Part shown: piece by piece, positions 19,564 through 29,205 of the stretch | Numbering within the stretch: the first letter of the stretch is position 1 | How the letters are laid out: each line of letters starts with the position of its first letter | Program-made: the position numbers and the translations under genes | Notes under the pieces: model-generated | Told to the model about the DNA's origin: nothing | Databases searched by the model: none | Seen by the model: the letters and a program-made list of their open reading frames with translations, nothing else | Assembly: GCA_003212315.1 (NCBI GenBank) | Contig: QCQB01000010.1 | Coordinates: 1,486-65,485 of the forward strand | Direction: 5' to 3' | Length of the DNA stretch: 64,000 nt | Origin: SAR116 cluster bacterium AG-447-C21 | GTDB lineage: Bacteria > Pseudomonadota > Alphaproteobacteria > Thalassobaculales > Thalassobaculaceae

Positions 19564-20982
19564 CTAACCGCGAAGAATCGAACGCACTGACGTCGACTGA
19601 GCCACCATTTTATCAGACTCATAGGAAGCACTATTGTCTTTGATATCCCGCAAATTATACAAATAATTTACCATTAAACCAAAAGACTGCTCTCTTCCCC
19701 TTGCTGAATTGTCCGCATCCCAATTAATTCTCTCTATTCGGGCGCCATTTGATAGATGAAAATGGCCCACCGGATCACGGACCCTTCCATTCTTTCCCTT
19801 TGCAGTGACCAAATAAATCGCTGCTAATTTAGTAAAAAAGTCGTTAAGCTCTTTATCTGTGTCAGAACCATCGCTTGTCTTTTCTTGTATATGGGCAAAA
19901 ACATCAGTCAGAATTTCTTCATCTGTCTGGGCATCGCTGTACGGGATCAGTTTTTTCTTATCAATCTTTGTCAACAACCCACTAGCATTTTCCTTTATTT
20001 GACTGGAAAACCATTTCGAAAAACCTGGTATTGGAGAAAGTGTAGAGAAAGTTTTCAGATTAGGAAGTTCTTTACTGAGCTCTTCAACCACCTGTTTTAT
20101 CAAAAAATTACCAAAGCTAATGCCATCTAAACCTCGTTGGGCATTTGATATAGAATAAAAAATTGCTGTATTTGCCTCTGTAGGGTCTACGGAAGGCTTA
20201 GTTTCATCTAGCAACTCCGAAACGTTCTGCGAAATTCCGTCAACGAGCGCCACTTGAACAAAAATCAACGGTTCATTGGGCATATTAGGATGAAAAAATC
20301 CATAACAACGACGATCCACGTCGAGCCTATTCTTCATGTCATCCCACGACTTTATAGCATGAACAGACTCGTAGGCTATCAGTTTTTCCAAAAGAGACGC
20401 TGAGGAATCCCAGTCGATACGCGCTAATTCCAATAAACCAATATCAAACCAAGCCGATAGCATGAGTCTTAAATCACCTGATAAATAGGTCAACGCCTCT
20501 TCTTTCGGTTGCAATGAGAGTATTTCAGCTCGCATATCAACTAAAAATTTAACTCCCTCTGGAAGTGTGGTGAGTCTCCCTATTAAGCTGCGCCATCTGG
20601 GCTCTAGAGCTCTGCGCAGTTTTTCCTCTGCTGATGATCTTTCCGGCTCTGAGCCACCTGCTTGCTTGATAGAGTCAATTGACGCGTCAACCTTCTGTCT
20701 ATCTACGCCATACCTCTTGCCCAACTCGACTAGAAAGTTACGGCGTCCATCCTTATTTAACGTGATATAAACTTGGCCAATCTGGGCAGCTTGACTTCTT
20801 AATGAGGCTTCGTCACCGATCCCATCAATACATTTATCAACTTTGTCGAATACCTTTTCCAAATCTTCCGGCGGCAAATCAGGTCGCGGGCCAGAATGAA
20901 GATAGCTAAGTGTCGAGTTTGAAACCCCTCCCCAGACGCGCCACAAATTATTAATTGTACGATCTAAAATACCAGCTTTCAT
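19564..20982 (-). CDS. Malonyl-CoA decarboxylase family protein
   Basis: 472 aa with the MCD-family pattern: LEPRW..L, LPEGVKFLVDMRAEIL, AIFYSISNAQRGLDGISFGNFLIKQVVEEL, FSTLSPIPGFSKW. Confidence 0.8.
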   Translation of the reverse strand: MKAGILDRTINNLWRVWGGVSNSTLSYLHSGPRPDLPPEDLEKVFDKVDKCIDGIGDEASLRSQAAQIGQVYITLNKDGRRNFLVELGKRYGVDRQKVDASIDSIKQAGGSEPERSSAEEKLRRALEPRWRSLIGRLTTLPEGVKFLVDMRAEILSLQPKEEALTYLSGDLRLMLSAWFDIGLLELARIDWDSSASLLEKLIAYESVHAIKSWDDMKNRLDVDRRCYGFFHPNMPNEPLIFVQVALVDGISQNVSELLDETKPSVDPTEANTAIFYSISNAQRGLDGISFGNFLIKQVVEELSKELPNLKTFSTLSPIPGFSKWFSSQIKENASGLLTKIDKKKLIPYSDAQTDEEILTDVFAHIQEKTSDGSDTDKELNDFFTKLAAIYLVTAKGKNGRVRDPVGHFHLSNGARIERINWDADNSARGREQSFGLMVNYLYNLRDIKDNSASYESDKMVAQSTSVRSILRG

Positions 20983-21110
20983 GATATCAAAACCCTAGAC
21001 ATGATCACAACCTTCATAGTGCCCGAATATAATAGGAATACTTGCTTAGAAAGTCAGAGTAATTACAAAAGGCATAAAAAAACTATCCATTTAATTTTTG
21101 ATCAAAAAAA

Positions 21111-21188
21111 TGGGGCGAGTGATGGGACTTGAACCCACGGCTTCCAGAATCACAATCTGGCGCTCTAACCACCTGAGCTACACCCGCC
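21111..21188 (-). tRNA. tRNA-His (anticodon GUG) with encoded G-1 and C73
   Basis: The reverse complement reads G-GCGGGTGTAGCTCAGGTGGTTAGAGCGCCAGATTGTGATTCTGGAAGCCGTGGGTTCAAGTCCCATCACTCGC-C-CCA. The anticodon loop is TTGTGAT, and the extra 5' G can pair with C73. Confidence 0.9.
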
Positions 21189-21227
21189 ATAATTTAATCT
21201 TTTAACTAATAGACCTTCTTACCTCAG

Positions 21228-22388
21228 TCAACCAAAATGGGTGGCTAACCTAGAAGCCGCCTCATCCAAAATAGAATCTTTTTTTGCAAAGCAAAACCGT
21301 ATGAAATTTTTTGGAGCATTAGACTGGAAGAACGCGCTCACTGGAACAGCTGTCACACCTGCTTCAGTCGTTATATACTTGCAAAAATCTATGTCCGTAC
21401 CCTTGAACCCCGTGTCGGCAATGTCAACAAAAAGAAAATAAGAGCCCTCGCAAGTAACGGGCTTGAACCCGGCAATTTCATGCAGAGAATTTGTTAATCT
21501 ATCGCGTTTGGCTTTCATTTCGTCATTTAAATTTTCAAAATAGTCGTCATCTTGATTTAAGCCAAAAGCAACTGCCCTTTGTAAATTTGGGGCTGTTGTA
21601 AACACCAGAAACTGATGCGCTTTTGCTATAGCTTTTATTAATTCATGGCTACCTGTTAGATAACCTACTTTCCATCCAGTCAAAGAGAATGTTTTTCCAG
21701 CTGAACTTATTCGTATTGTTCTATCCCTCATCCCTGGAAGCGCCATGAGAGATATATGTTCGTTCCCGTCAAACACCATATGTTCATAAACTTCGTCACA
21801 AATAGCGATTGCATTGAATTCTTGCACCAAACCAGCAATCAATTTCAACTCGTCAAAGTTATAAACCTTAGAAGCCGGGTTTTGAGGCGTATTAAGCAAA
21901 AGCAATTTAGTTTTTTTAGAAAATGCAGCACGAAGCTGTTCAGGATCTAAGCTCCAGTCGGGAGGCCTTATTGTAACCATCTTTGGAATACCCCCTGCAC
22001 GCTTTATAATGGGCAAATAACAATCGTAAAGCGGCTCAATCAATACCACCTCATCACCAGGGTTAAGAAGTCCAAAAAAACAGGCCGCCAAGCCTTCTGT
22101 TGCTCCTGTGGAAATCATAGTCTCGGTTTCCCAGTCGACGTCTATTCCATAAAAACGCTTATTGTGACGGGCAACTGCTTGCCTTAATTCTGGCACTCCC
22201 ATCATCGGAGGATACTGGTTTGGTGGGGAATAAAGCGAATTTGCCGCCTTTTCTAAAACACCTTTTGGTCCAACCCCATCAGGAAATCCCTGCCCTAAAT
22301 TTATAGAATTGTGCTCTATTGCCAAACGCGACATGACCTCAAAAACGGTCGTCCCAAATTGTCCCAGAATATTATTTTGTAGGTTCAT
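21228..22388 (-). CDS. Class I/II PLP-dependent aminotransferase (YbdL / kynurenine-oxoglutarate aminotransferase-like)
   Basis: 386 aa containing NLGQGFPD, NQYPPMMG and the PLP-Lys motif SSAGKTFSLTGWKVGY. Confidence 0.8.
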   Translation of the reverse strand: MNLQNNILGQFGTTVFEVMSRLAIEHNSINLGQGFPDGVGPKGVLEKAANSLYSPPNQYPPMMGVPELRQAVARHNKRFYGIDVDWETETMISTGATEGLAACFFGLLNPGDEVVLIEPLYDCYLPIIKRAGGIPKMVTIRPPDWSLDPEQLRAAFSKKTKLLLLNTPQNPASKVYNFDELKLIAGLVQEFNAIAICDEVYEHMVFDGNEHISLMALPGMRDRTIRISSAGKTFSLTGWKVGYLTGSHELIKAIAKAHQFLVFTTAPNLQRAVAFGLNQDDDYFENLNDEMKAKRDRLTNSLHEIAGFKPVTCEGSYFLFVDIADTGFKGTDIDFCKYITTEAGVTAVPVSAFFQSNAPKNFIRFCFAKKDSILDEAASRLATHFG

Positions 22389-22511
22389 GACTCTTATCCA
22401 AAAAAAAAATTAAAATTGTTACCGCTTTGTGACGAATCAGGTAAACGGATCTTTTTAGGAAAATAACTTGAGAAAAGAAGTTAGACACTGTTTGAAAAAA
22501 ATAAAGCTTTA

Positions 22512-22940
22512 TTGCAAGTCGCGGCCATTCCTTTCAAGTATGAAAATGATTGCCTGAAAATATTATTGTTAACCACTCGCAAAAAAAGAAAGTGGATTGT
22601 ACCCAAAGGATGGCCTGTTGACGGCTTAAGTTTTGATGAGTCAGCGAAAAAAGAAGCAATGGAAGAGGCAGGAGTGAGTGGTTTAATTTCAAAAGCACCC
22701 ATTGGTGACTTCATTCATAATAAGACGATATCAAGAGGACAGAAAACTCCATGCAAAGTCATAACTTATAGCCTCCTTGTTACTGATCAGCTTTTAGATT
22801 GGGAAGAGCAAAAAGAGAGAAGTAGACGGTGGTGCTCAATTTCAAAGGCCGCGGAAAGAGTGAGTAATCGAGGCCTTAGTAAAATGTTAAGAATTATTTC
22901 TGAAGACCCAGGAATTTTAACGCGGTTAATTGGGAAGTGA
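22512..22940 (+). CDS. NUDIX hydrolase
   Basis: The Nudix box is present as PKGWPVDGLSFDESAKKEAMEEAGVSG. The track start is TTG and is uncertain. Confidence 0.7.
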   Translation: MQVAAIPFKYENDCLKILLLTTRKKRKWIVPKGWPVDGLSFDESAKKEAMEEAGVSGLISKAPIGDFIHNKTISRGQKTPCKVITYSLLVTDQLLDWEEQKERSRRWCSISKAAERVSNRGLSKMLRIISEDPGILTRLIGK

Positions 22941-24441
22941 AAAGGCTACAAAAGTTATGAAATCCAACAAAAATACACTCGATAAAGATCTCGATAAGAT
23001 ATTTCGCCTGGAAACAGCCACCAAGACAGTTTCGAGTGGCCTCATGGCCCACACTTCAGCCCTAATATTTTTAATTGCAGCTGGTTTTTTAGGAGCATTT
23101 TTTGCAGGGATCGAAACCGAGACGACAATAATTGTTTTTGCTGCCGTACTCGGTGGCTATATGGCTTTAAATATCGGCGCTAACGATGTAGCCAACAATG
23201 TAGGACCAGCGGTGGGCTCAAAAGCCATGAGTATATTTGCGGCACTACTTATGGCTGCAGTTTTCGAAAGCGCCGGTGCATTGTTAGCTGGTGGAGATGT
23301 TGTTTCAACAATTTCCAAGGGGATTATCGATCCAAAGCTAGTTCCGGATAACAAAATCTTTATAAACGCTATGATGGCAGCACTTTTAGCTGCGGCAATT
23401 TGGGTAAATCTCGCCACTATTCTTGGAGCGCCGGTCTCTACCACCCATTCTGTTGTTGGAGGAGTAATGGGGGCTGGAATTGCAGCGGTTGGGTTCCAAC
23501 TCGTTAACTGGAACACGATGGCAGCAATCGCGGCTAGTTGGGTCATATCCCCTGTCTTGGGGGGTATTATTGCAGCTTCATTTCTTGCATTTATAAAGAT
23601 CAATCTTATTTACAAAGAAGACAAAATTGCTGCAGCAAACCGCTGGATACCAATGCTAGTAGCAATAATGGCATCCGCATTTGCTTGTTACCTTTCCATC
23701 AAGGGACTGAAGCGCATATGGAAGCCAGAATTAGAAATAGTAGCCTTGGTTGGCATCATTACATTTGTTGTGGTTTGGCTGATAATGAACCCGCTCATAA
23801 AACGACAATCAGATGGAATGGAAAATAGAAATCGTTCCTTAAGAACCTTATTTAAAATACCGTTGATTTGTTCTGCCGCATTGTTGTCATTTGCGCATGG
23901 AGCAAATGATGTTGCCAACGCCATTGGTCCATTGGCAGCAATTCTACATAGTGTTGAAATGGGCACGATAACGGCAAAAGCGTTGATACCGAATTGGGTA
24001 ATGATAATAGGAGCTTTTGGAATTAGCTTGGGCCTGTTTTTATACGGCCCCAAACTAATCAGGATGGTTGGCAACCAGATCACCAAAATGAATCCCATGC
24101 GGGCTTACTGCGTAGCCCTTTCAGCGGCAATCACAGTAATTATCGCCTCTTGGCTTGGGCTACCCGTTAGCTCCACTCATATTGCCGTAGGAGCCGTCTT
24201 TGGAGTTGGTTTCTACAGAGAATATTTTATACGGAATAGTAAAATCAGAAAGAAAATTGTCTCCAAAACAACTGCTTCAAACACAACACAAAAAGAACAA
24301 CCAACACCAAGTGATATGAAATATCGAAGATTAGTTAGACGATCGCATTTTCTCACCATTATCGCTGCATGGGTAATTACCGTTCCCGCGGCAGCAATAC
24401 TTTCGGCACTTATCTTTTTTGGAATGGCAGCAATTAATTAA
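22930..24441 (+). CDS. pitA: Inorganic phosphate transporter, PiT (PHO4) family
   Basis: Polytopic protein with duplicated GANDVAN(N/A)(V/I)GP signature motifs and SSTH/STTHS segments. The likely true start is the ATG at 22957 (MKSNKNTL). Confidence 0.9.
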   Translation: MGSEKATKVMKSNKNTLDKDLDKIFRLETATKTVSSGLMAHTSALIFLIAAGFLGAFFAGIETETTIIVFAAVLGGYMALNIGANDVANNVGPAVGSKAMSIFAALLMAAVFESAGALLAGGDVVSTISKGIIDPKLVPDNKIFINAMMAALLAAAIWVNLATILGAPVSTTHSVVGGVMGAGIAAVGFQLVNWNTMAAIAASWVISPVLGGIIAASFLAFIKINLIYKEDKIAAANRWIPMLVAIMASAFACYLSIKGLKRIWKPELEIVALVGIITFVVVWLIMNPLIKRQSDGMENRNRSLRTLFKIPLICSAALLSFAHGANDVANAIGPLAAILHSVEMGTITAKALIPNWVMIIGAFGISLGLFLYGPKLIRMVGNQITKMNPMRAYCVALSAAITVIIASWLGLPVSSTHIAVGAVFGVGFYREYFIRNSKIRKKIVSKTTASNTTQKEQPTPSDMKYRRLVRRSHFLTIIAAWVITVPAAAILSALIFFGMAAIN

Positions 24442-24638
24442 TAGTTCGGCCAATAATCAATTAAACTATTCAAACTACATCACTGTATTTTTTTAGCTGC
24501 GCAATCTTTAATAATGCTTTCTTTAAGAACTTGCAGTGAACCGAAGAGAAACCAAGTAATTCCAAAAAAACAATATACCAAGAAACCTGAGTGCTATATT
24601 ATTTTTAAAACTAACTTGTTAATAAATGGAAGAAATAG

Positions 24639-25805
24639 ATGGCTATATTAGCTGACCGCATGAACCATCTTGGCACAGAAACAGCATTTGAAGTTATGGC
24701 GCGCGCCAATGCACTTGAGGCGGAAGGTAGAGAAATTATAAATTTAGGGATAGGTCAACCTGATTTCAAAACGCCAGAACACATCGTTGAGGCTGCTGTT
24801 AAGGCACTTCACGATGGACATCATGGTTACACGCCAGCTAACGGTATCCCTCGTTTGAGAGAAGCGGTTTCTGCAGATCTGCATAAACGTTACGCGATAA
24901 ATATACCAGAGCAACAGATCCTCATAGTTCCAGGCGGAAAAGTTACAATGTTCCTGGCAATGATGATATATGGCGAGCCAGGTTGTGAAATTCTTTATCC
25001 GAATCCAGGTTTTCCTATCTACGAATCTACCATCCGATTTTCTGGAGCTACTCCGATTCCAATAGCGCTACGTGAGGAAAATGGATTTGCTTTCTCCGCA
25101 GAGGAGGTTTTATCTCAGATTAATGATAATACGCGATTGATAATTTTAAACAGCCCTGCAAATCCAACGGGAGGAGCTGTTCCTAAAAAAGAATTTGATA
25201 CACTAGTTCAGGGCCTATCCAATTGGCCAAACGTGGCAGTGATGAGCGATGAGATATATGGCCAGATGCTTTACGATGGACGAGAGCATGTAAGTCTCCT
25301 TCAGTATCCTGAATTGCACGATCGTCTAATTTTGCTAGATGGGTGGTCTAAAACATATGCTATGACTGGTTGGCGATTGGGGTACAGTATTTGGCCCAAA
25401 ACCGTTGTCAATCAAGCTGAAAAACTTTGTGTTAACATTCATTCATGCGTCAACGCTTCCGCACAGTTTGCGGGAATAGCGGCTCTAGAAGGTAATCAAG
25501 ACCCGGTAAAATTTATGGTCTCTGAGTTTGATGCCAGAAGAAAGATAATAGTTGATGAGCTAAACCAAATCCCTGGATTTAGCTGCATTGAGCCAGGCGG
25601 AGCTTTTTATGCGTTTCCAAATATTACAAAAACGGGTATGAGTTCTCAAAAGCTTCAGGAAAAGATTTTGGAAGAAGCGGGAGTAGCCGTTATAGCTGGA
25701 ACAAGCTTTGGTGTTCACGGAGAGGGTTTTCTGAGGTTTTCATACGCCAATTCGATTGAAAATATTCAGAAGGCGTTAAAGAAAATTGCTAGATGCGTTG
25801 CCTAA
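24639..25805 (+). CDS. Aspartate/aromatic-type class I aminotransferase
   Basis: 388 aa containing INLGIGQPDF, NSPANPTGG and the PLP-Lys motif DGWSKTYAMTGWRLGY. Confidence 0.85.
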   Translation: MAILADRMNHLGTETAFEVMARANALEAEGREIINLGIGQPDFKTPEHIVEAAVKALHDGHHGYTPANGIPRLREAVSADLHKRYAINIPEQQILIVPGGKVTMFLAMMIYGEPGCEILYPNPGFPIYESTIRFSGATPIPIALREENGFAFSAEEVLSQINDNTRLIILNSPANPTGGAVPKKEFDTLVQGLSNWPNVAVMSDEIYGQMLYDGREHVSLLQYPELHDRLILLDGWSKTYAMTGWRLGYSIWPKTVVNQAEKLCVNIHSCVNASAQFAGIAALEGNQDPVKFMVSEFDARRKIIVDELNQIPGFSCIEPGGAFYAFPNITKTGMSSQKLQEKILEEAGVAVIAGTSFGVHGEGFLRFSYANSIENIQKALKKIARCVA

Positions 25806-25909
25806 CAATTAATCAATTGCAGCCTTTTTTTTAGTCATCCGTCTATTTTTTAATCATGTCTACAATAACGAAATATTAACGTCTTCTTTTAACCCTATGA
25901 TTTCAATGA

Positions 25910-26332
<423 letters not shown>

Positions 26333-26404
26333 GATCGCTTTAAAGTAAAAAAATAGAAAATTATTATAGCTAATTGAAAAGAAATAATTATTGGAAGGAA
26401 AATT

Positions 26405-27814
26405 ATGTCAAATACAAGTTCAATTATGGAGATGATCAAAGAAAATGATATTCGTTTTGTTGACCTCCGATTCACAGACCCTCGTGGTAAGTGGCAGCAC
26501 CTAACGCAAGCCATAGTTACGGTAGATGAGGAATCACTGAAAGAAGGTTTCATGTTTGACGGTTCGTCAATCGCAGGCTGGAAAGCAATCAATGAATCAG
26601 ACATGTGCCTAATGCCAGACTTAACAACAGCAACGATAGACCCATTTTTTGCACAAGCCACCTTGGTGTTAGTTTGCGACGTGCTGGAACCAACTACAGG
26701 GAAGCCGTACAACCGCGACCCAAGATCCACAGCGAAGGCTGCCATCGAATATATGTCAAACCAAGGTATTGGTGATACTGCTTTCTTTGGCCCAGAAGCA
26801 GAATTCTTTGTTTTCGACGACGTAAAGTTCGATGTGCAGATGAACCGCGGTTACTATGAAGTTGATAGTTCTGAAGGGCCTTATAACACGGCTCGTGATT
26901 ATGAGGAGGGCAACCCAGGGCACCGGCCGGGTATAAAGGGTGGTTATTTCCCGGTTCCCCCTGTCGACTCAGAGCAAGATTTACGAAGCGAAATGTTAGC
27001 TGTAATGGAAGAAATGGGTGTTGAGGTTGAAAAACACCACCATGAGGTAGCGCCATCACAACACGAACTAGGGATGAAATTTGGTACACTTATTAATACG
27101 GCAGACTCACTTCAGATATATAAATATGTAGTGCACCAAGTAGCATCTTCATATGGCAAAACAGCAACCTTTATGCCAAAGCCAGTCGCTGGAGATAATG
27201 GTTCAGGAATGCATGTTCATCAATCGATATGGAAAGATAACGAGCCAATGTTCGCTGGCTCTGAGTATGCCGATCTATCGGAAACCTGCCTCTTCTATAT
27301 TGGTGGAATAATAAAGCATGCTCGGGCGATTAATGCATTTTCAAACTCGATAACAAACAGTTACAAACGGCTAGTTCCTGGTTTCGAGGCACCAGTGCTT
27401 CTTGCATATTCGGCTAGAAATAGATCTGCTTCTTGCCGAATTCCTTTTGTAAACAATCCTAAGGGCAAAAGAGTTGAAGTCCGGTTCCCGGATGCAGCCA
27501 GTAATCCCTATCTTGCATTTTCCGCGATGCTTATGGCAGGCCTAGATGGAATCAAAAATAAAATTCATCCCGGCGAAGCTATGGATCAAGATTTATACGA
27601 GCTATCTCCGGATGAATTAAAAGATATACCAACTGTATGTGGTTCGTTACGCGAAGCATTAAACGCCCTGGATATAGACAGGGAGTTCCTAACGCAAGGC
27701 GACGTTTTTGATGATGATCAAATAGATGCATATATTGATTTGAAAATGGAAGAAGTCTTGGCATTTGAACAAGCACCACATCCAATAGAATTCAAGATGT
27801 ATTACTCTGTTTGA
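26405..27814 (+). CDS. glnA: Glutamine synthetase type I
   Basis: 469 aa containing [28 protein letters not shown] and [16 protein letters not shown]. The adenylylation-region pattern NLYELSPDE-like is present as DLYELSPDE. Confidence 0.97.
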   Translation: MSNTSSIMEMIKENDIRFVDLRFTDPRGKWQHLTQAIVTVDEESLKEGFMFDGSSIAGWKAINESDMCLMPDLTTATIDPFFAQATLVLVCDVLEPTTGKPYNRDPRSTAKAAIEYMSNQGIGDTAFFGPEAEFFVFDDVKFDVQMNRGYYEVDSSEGPYNTARDYEEGNPGHRPGIKGGYFPVPPVDSEQDLRSEMLAVMEEMGVEVEKHHHEVAPSQHELGMKFGTLINTADSLQIYKYVVHQVASSYGKTATFMPKPVAGDNGSGMHVHQSIWKDNEPMFAGSEYADLSETCLFYIGGIIKHARAINAFSNSITNSYKRLVPGFEAPVLLAYSARNRSASCRIPFVNNPKGKRVEVRFPDAASNPYLAFSAMLMAGLDGIKNKIHPGEAMDQDLYELSPDELKDIPTVCGSLREALNALDIDREFLTQGDVFDDDQIDAYIDLKMEEVLAFEQAPHPIEFKMYYSV

Positions 27815-27840
27815 GCCAAAGGGCGAATTAGATGCTTTTC

Positions 27841-27875
27841 AAAGGGGCTGCTATATGAGCAGCCCCTTTCTTTAA
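27841..27875 (+). terminator. Rho-independent terminator after glnA (between convergent genes)
   Basis: The perfect 12-bp stem aaaggggctgct (27841-27852) pairs with agcagccccttt (27858-27869) across a 5-nt loop. The GC-rich core is followed by TTTCTTT on the plus strand. Confidence 0.75.
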
Positions 27876-27897
27876 GAGAATTCAAACAAAATAAATA

Positions 27898-29031
27898 TCA
27901 AGAAATACCCAGAGATTGCTGATAAAAATTGGTCACTTTCAAGCCGGTGCCGGTTAAGATAACTACAGTAGTTTCTTCCGGTTTTATGGTTCCATCATTA
28001 ACTAACTCGTAAAACGCTGCGGCAGCTGTGGCACATGTCGGCTCCGCATAAAGGCCTTTGGCGGCTAAATCGAGTGTTGCCTGTGCAATTGTATTTTCTT
28101 CCAACGCTATAGTACCTCCAGACGATCGTCTGAGAGCATTCAAAACTGAATTTAATCTTATCGGCCGTTTTATGGCGGTTCCCTCTGCTATTGTTGAACT
28201 AAAACTATCTTCAATATGGCTATTCACCCCCGCCCGAAATGCCGTATTTATTGGCGAACAATTTCGCGGTTGGGCGGCAAAAAGACGGGGCAGTTTTCTA
28301 ATTAATCTCATAGCCTTTAATTCCTGAAAAGCAATATCACACCCCAGGACATTACTTCCCGCACCTGTGGGAATAATTACATTGTCTGGCGCCGTAAAAT
28401 TTAGGTCTTCCCACAATTCGTATCCAAGAGTTTTTGTCCCCTGTAAAAAAAAAGGATGCCAATTGTGGCTAGCATAAAAACAATTTTCCGCCATTTTTAA
28501 AGCGGCACTTTCCGTGTCTTCTCTCGTTCCTGGAATTAAATGAATTTCGGCGCCGTATGATTTAATTTGCGCTATTTTAGCCGCTGATGTGGACTCGGGT
28601 GCAACGATATTTACTTTTATCTCTGCCGCAGCACCATACGCAGCAATTGCTGCACCACCATTTCCAGAACTATCCTCAACAACCTCATTAATATTCTGAT
28701 GCTTTAATAAAGACATCATTACTGACGCTCCCCTATCTTTAAAAGATCCAGTAGGCGCAAACCACTCCAGTTTAAACAAAGCATTATATCCACCAAACTC
28801 CATATTAATTAGAGGAGTACATCCTTCGCCTAAGCTCACCTTAGTGGAAATATTTTTTGGAAACGCGTTTCTATAACGCCAGATTGAACGTTCTTTTTTG
28901 TCTATTTGGTACTCCGTAATACCCTGCAAACCCGATATTGAAAGGGGGTTTCTTTCATCAGAACACCACCGAGGCTCATCGATTGAGTATTTAACCCCCG
29001 CCTTCTCGTCAATTAAAATAGGTTCGACCAT
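27898..29031 (-). CDS. Threonine synthase-like fold-type II PLP enzyme
   Basis: 377 aa with the PLP-Lys motif PTGSFKDRGAS, glycine-rich SSGNGGAA and PTGAGSN. The exact activity is not assignable from sequence. Confidence 0.65.
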   Translation of the reverse strand: MVEPILIDEKAGVKYSIDEPRWCSDERNPLSISGLQGITEYQIDKKERSIWRYRNAFPKNISTKVSLGEGCTPLINMEFGGYNALFKLEWFAPTGSFKDRGASVMMSLLKHQNINEVVEDSSGNGGAAIAAYGAAAEIKVNIVAPESTSAAKIAQIKSYGAEIHLIPGTREDTESAALKMAENCFYASHNWHPFFLQGTKTLGYELWEDLNFTAPDNVIIPTGAGSNVLGCDIAFQELKAMRLIRKLPRLFAAQPRNCSPINTAFRAGVNSHIEDSFSSTIAEGTAIKRPIRLNSVLNALRRSSGGTIALEENTIAQATLDLAAKGLYAEPTCATAAAAFYELVNDGTIKPEETTVVILTGTGLKVTNFYQQSLGIS

Positions 29032-29205
29032 CCTACCCCGCTAAAAAAAATACATTATCAAAATTCAGTTTTTATCTGACGCTTAATCGATAATTAACAG
29101 TTGGTAAATAAACCAAAACACCATATGTTGTATTCATATAATATCCAACACACACTTGATAGATGTATACACCATAAAACTGAATTCATAAACTGGAACT
29201 CCAAA

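Noticed and set aside
19449-21110. MCD gene as a tRNA-targeted genomic islet
   Set aside because: There is no integrase and no direct repeat of the tRNA-His or tRNA-Leu 3' end at the opposite boundary, and the gene is not obviously compositionally distinct by eye.
29062-29186. 11-bp inverted repeat aattcagtttt / aaaactgaatt, 103 nt apart, in the parE upstream region
   Set aside because: The arms are AT-rich, short and widely separated, so a chance occurrence in AT-rich intergenic DNA is plausible and nothing else supports a function.
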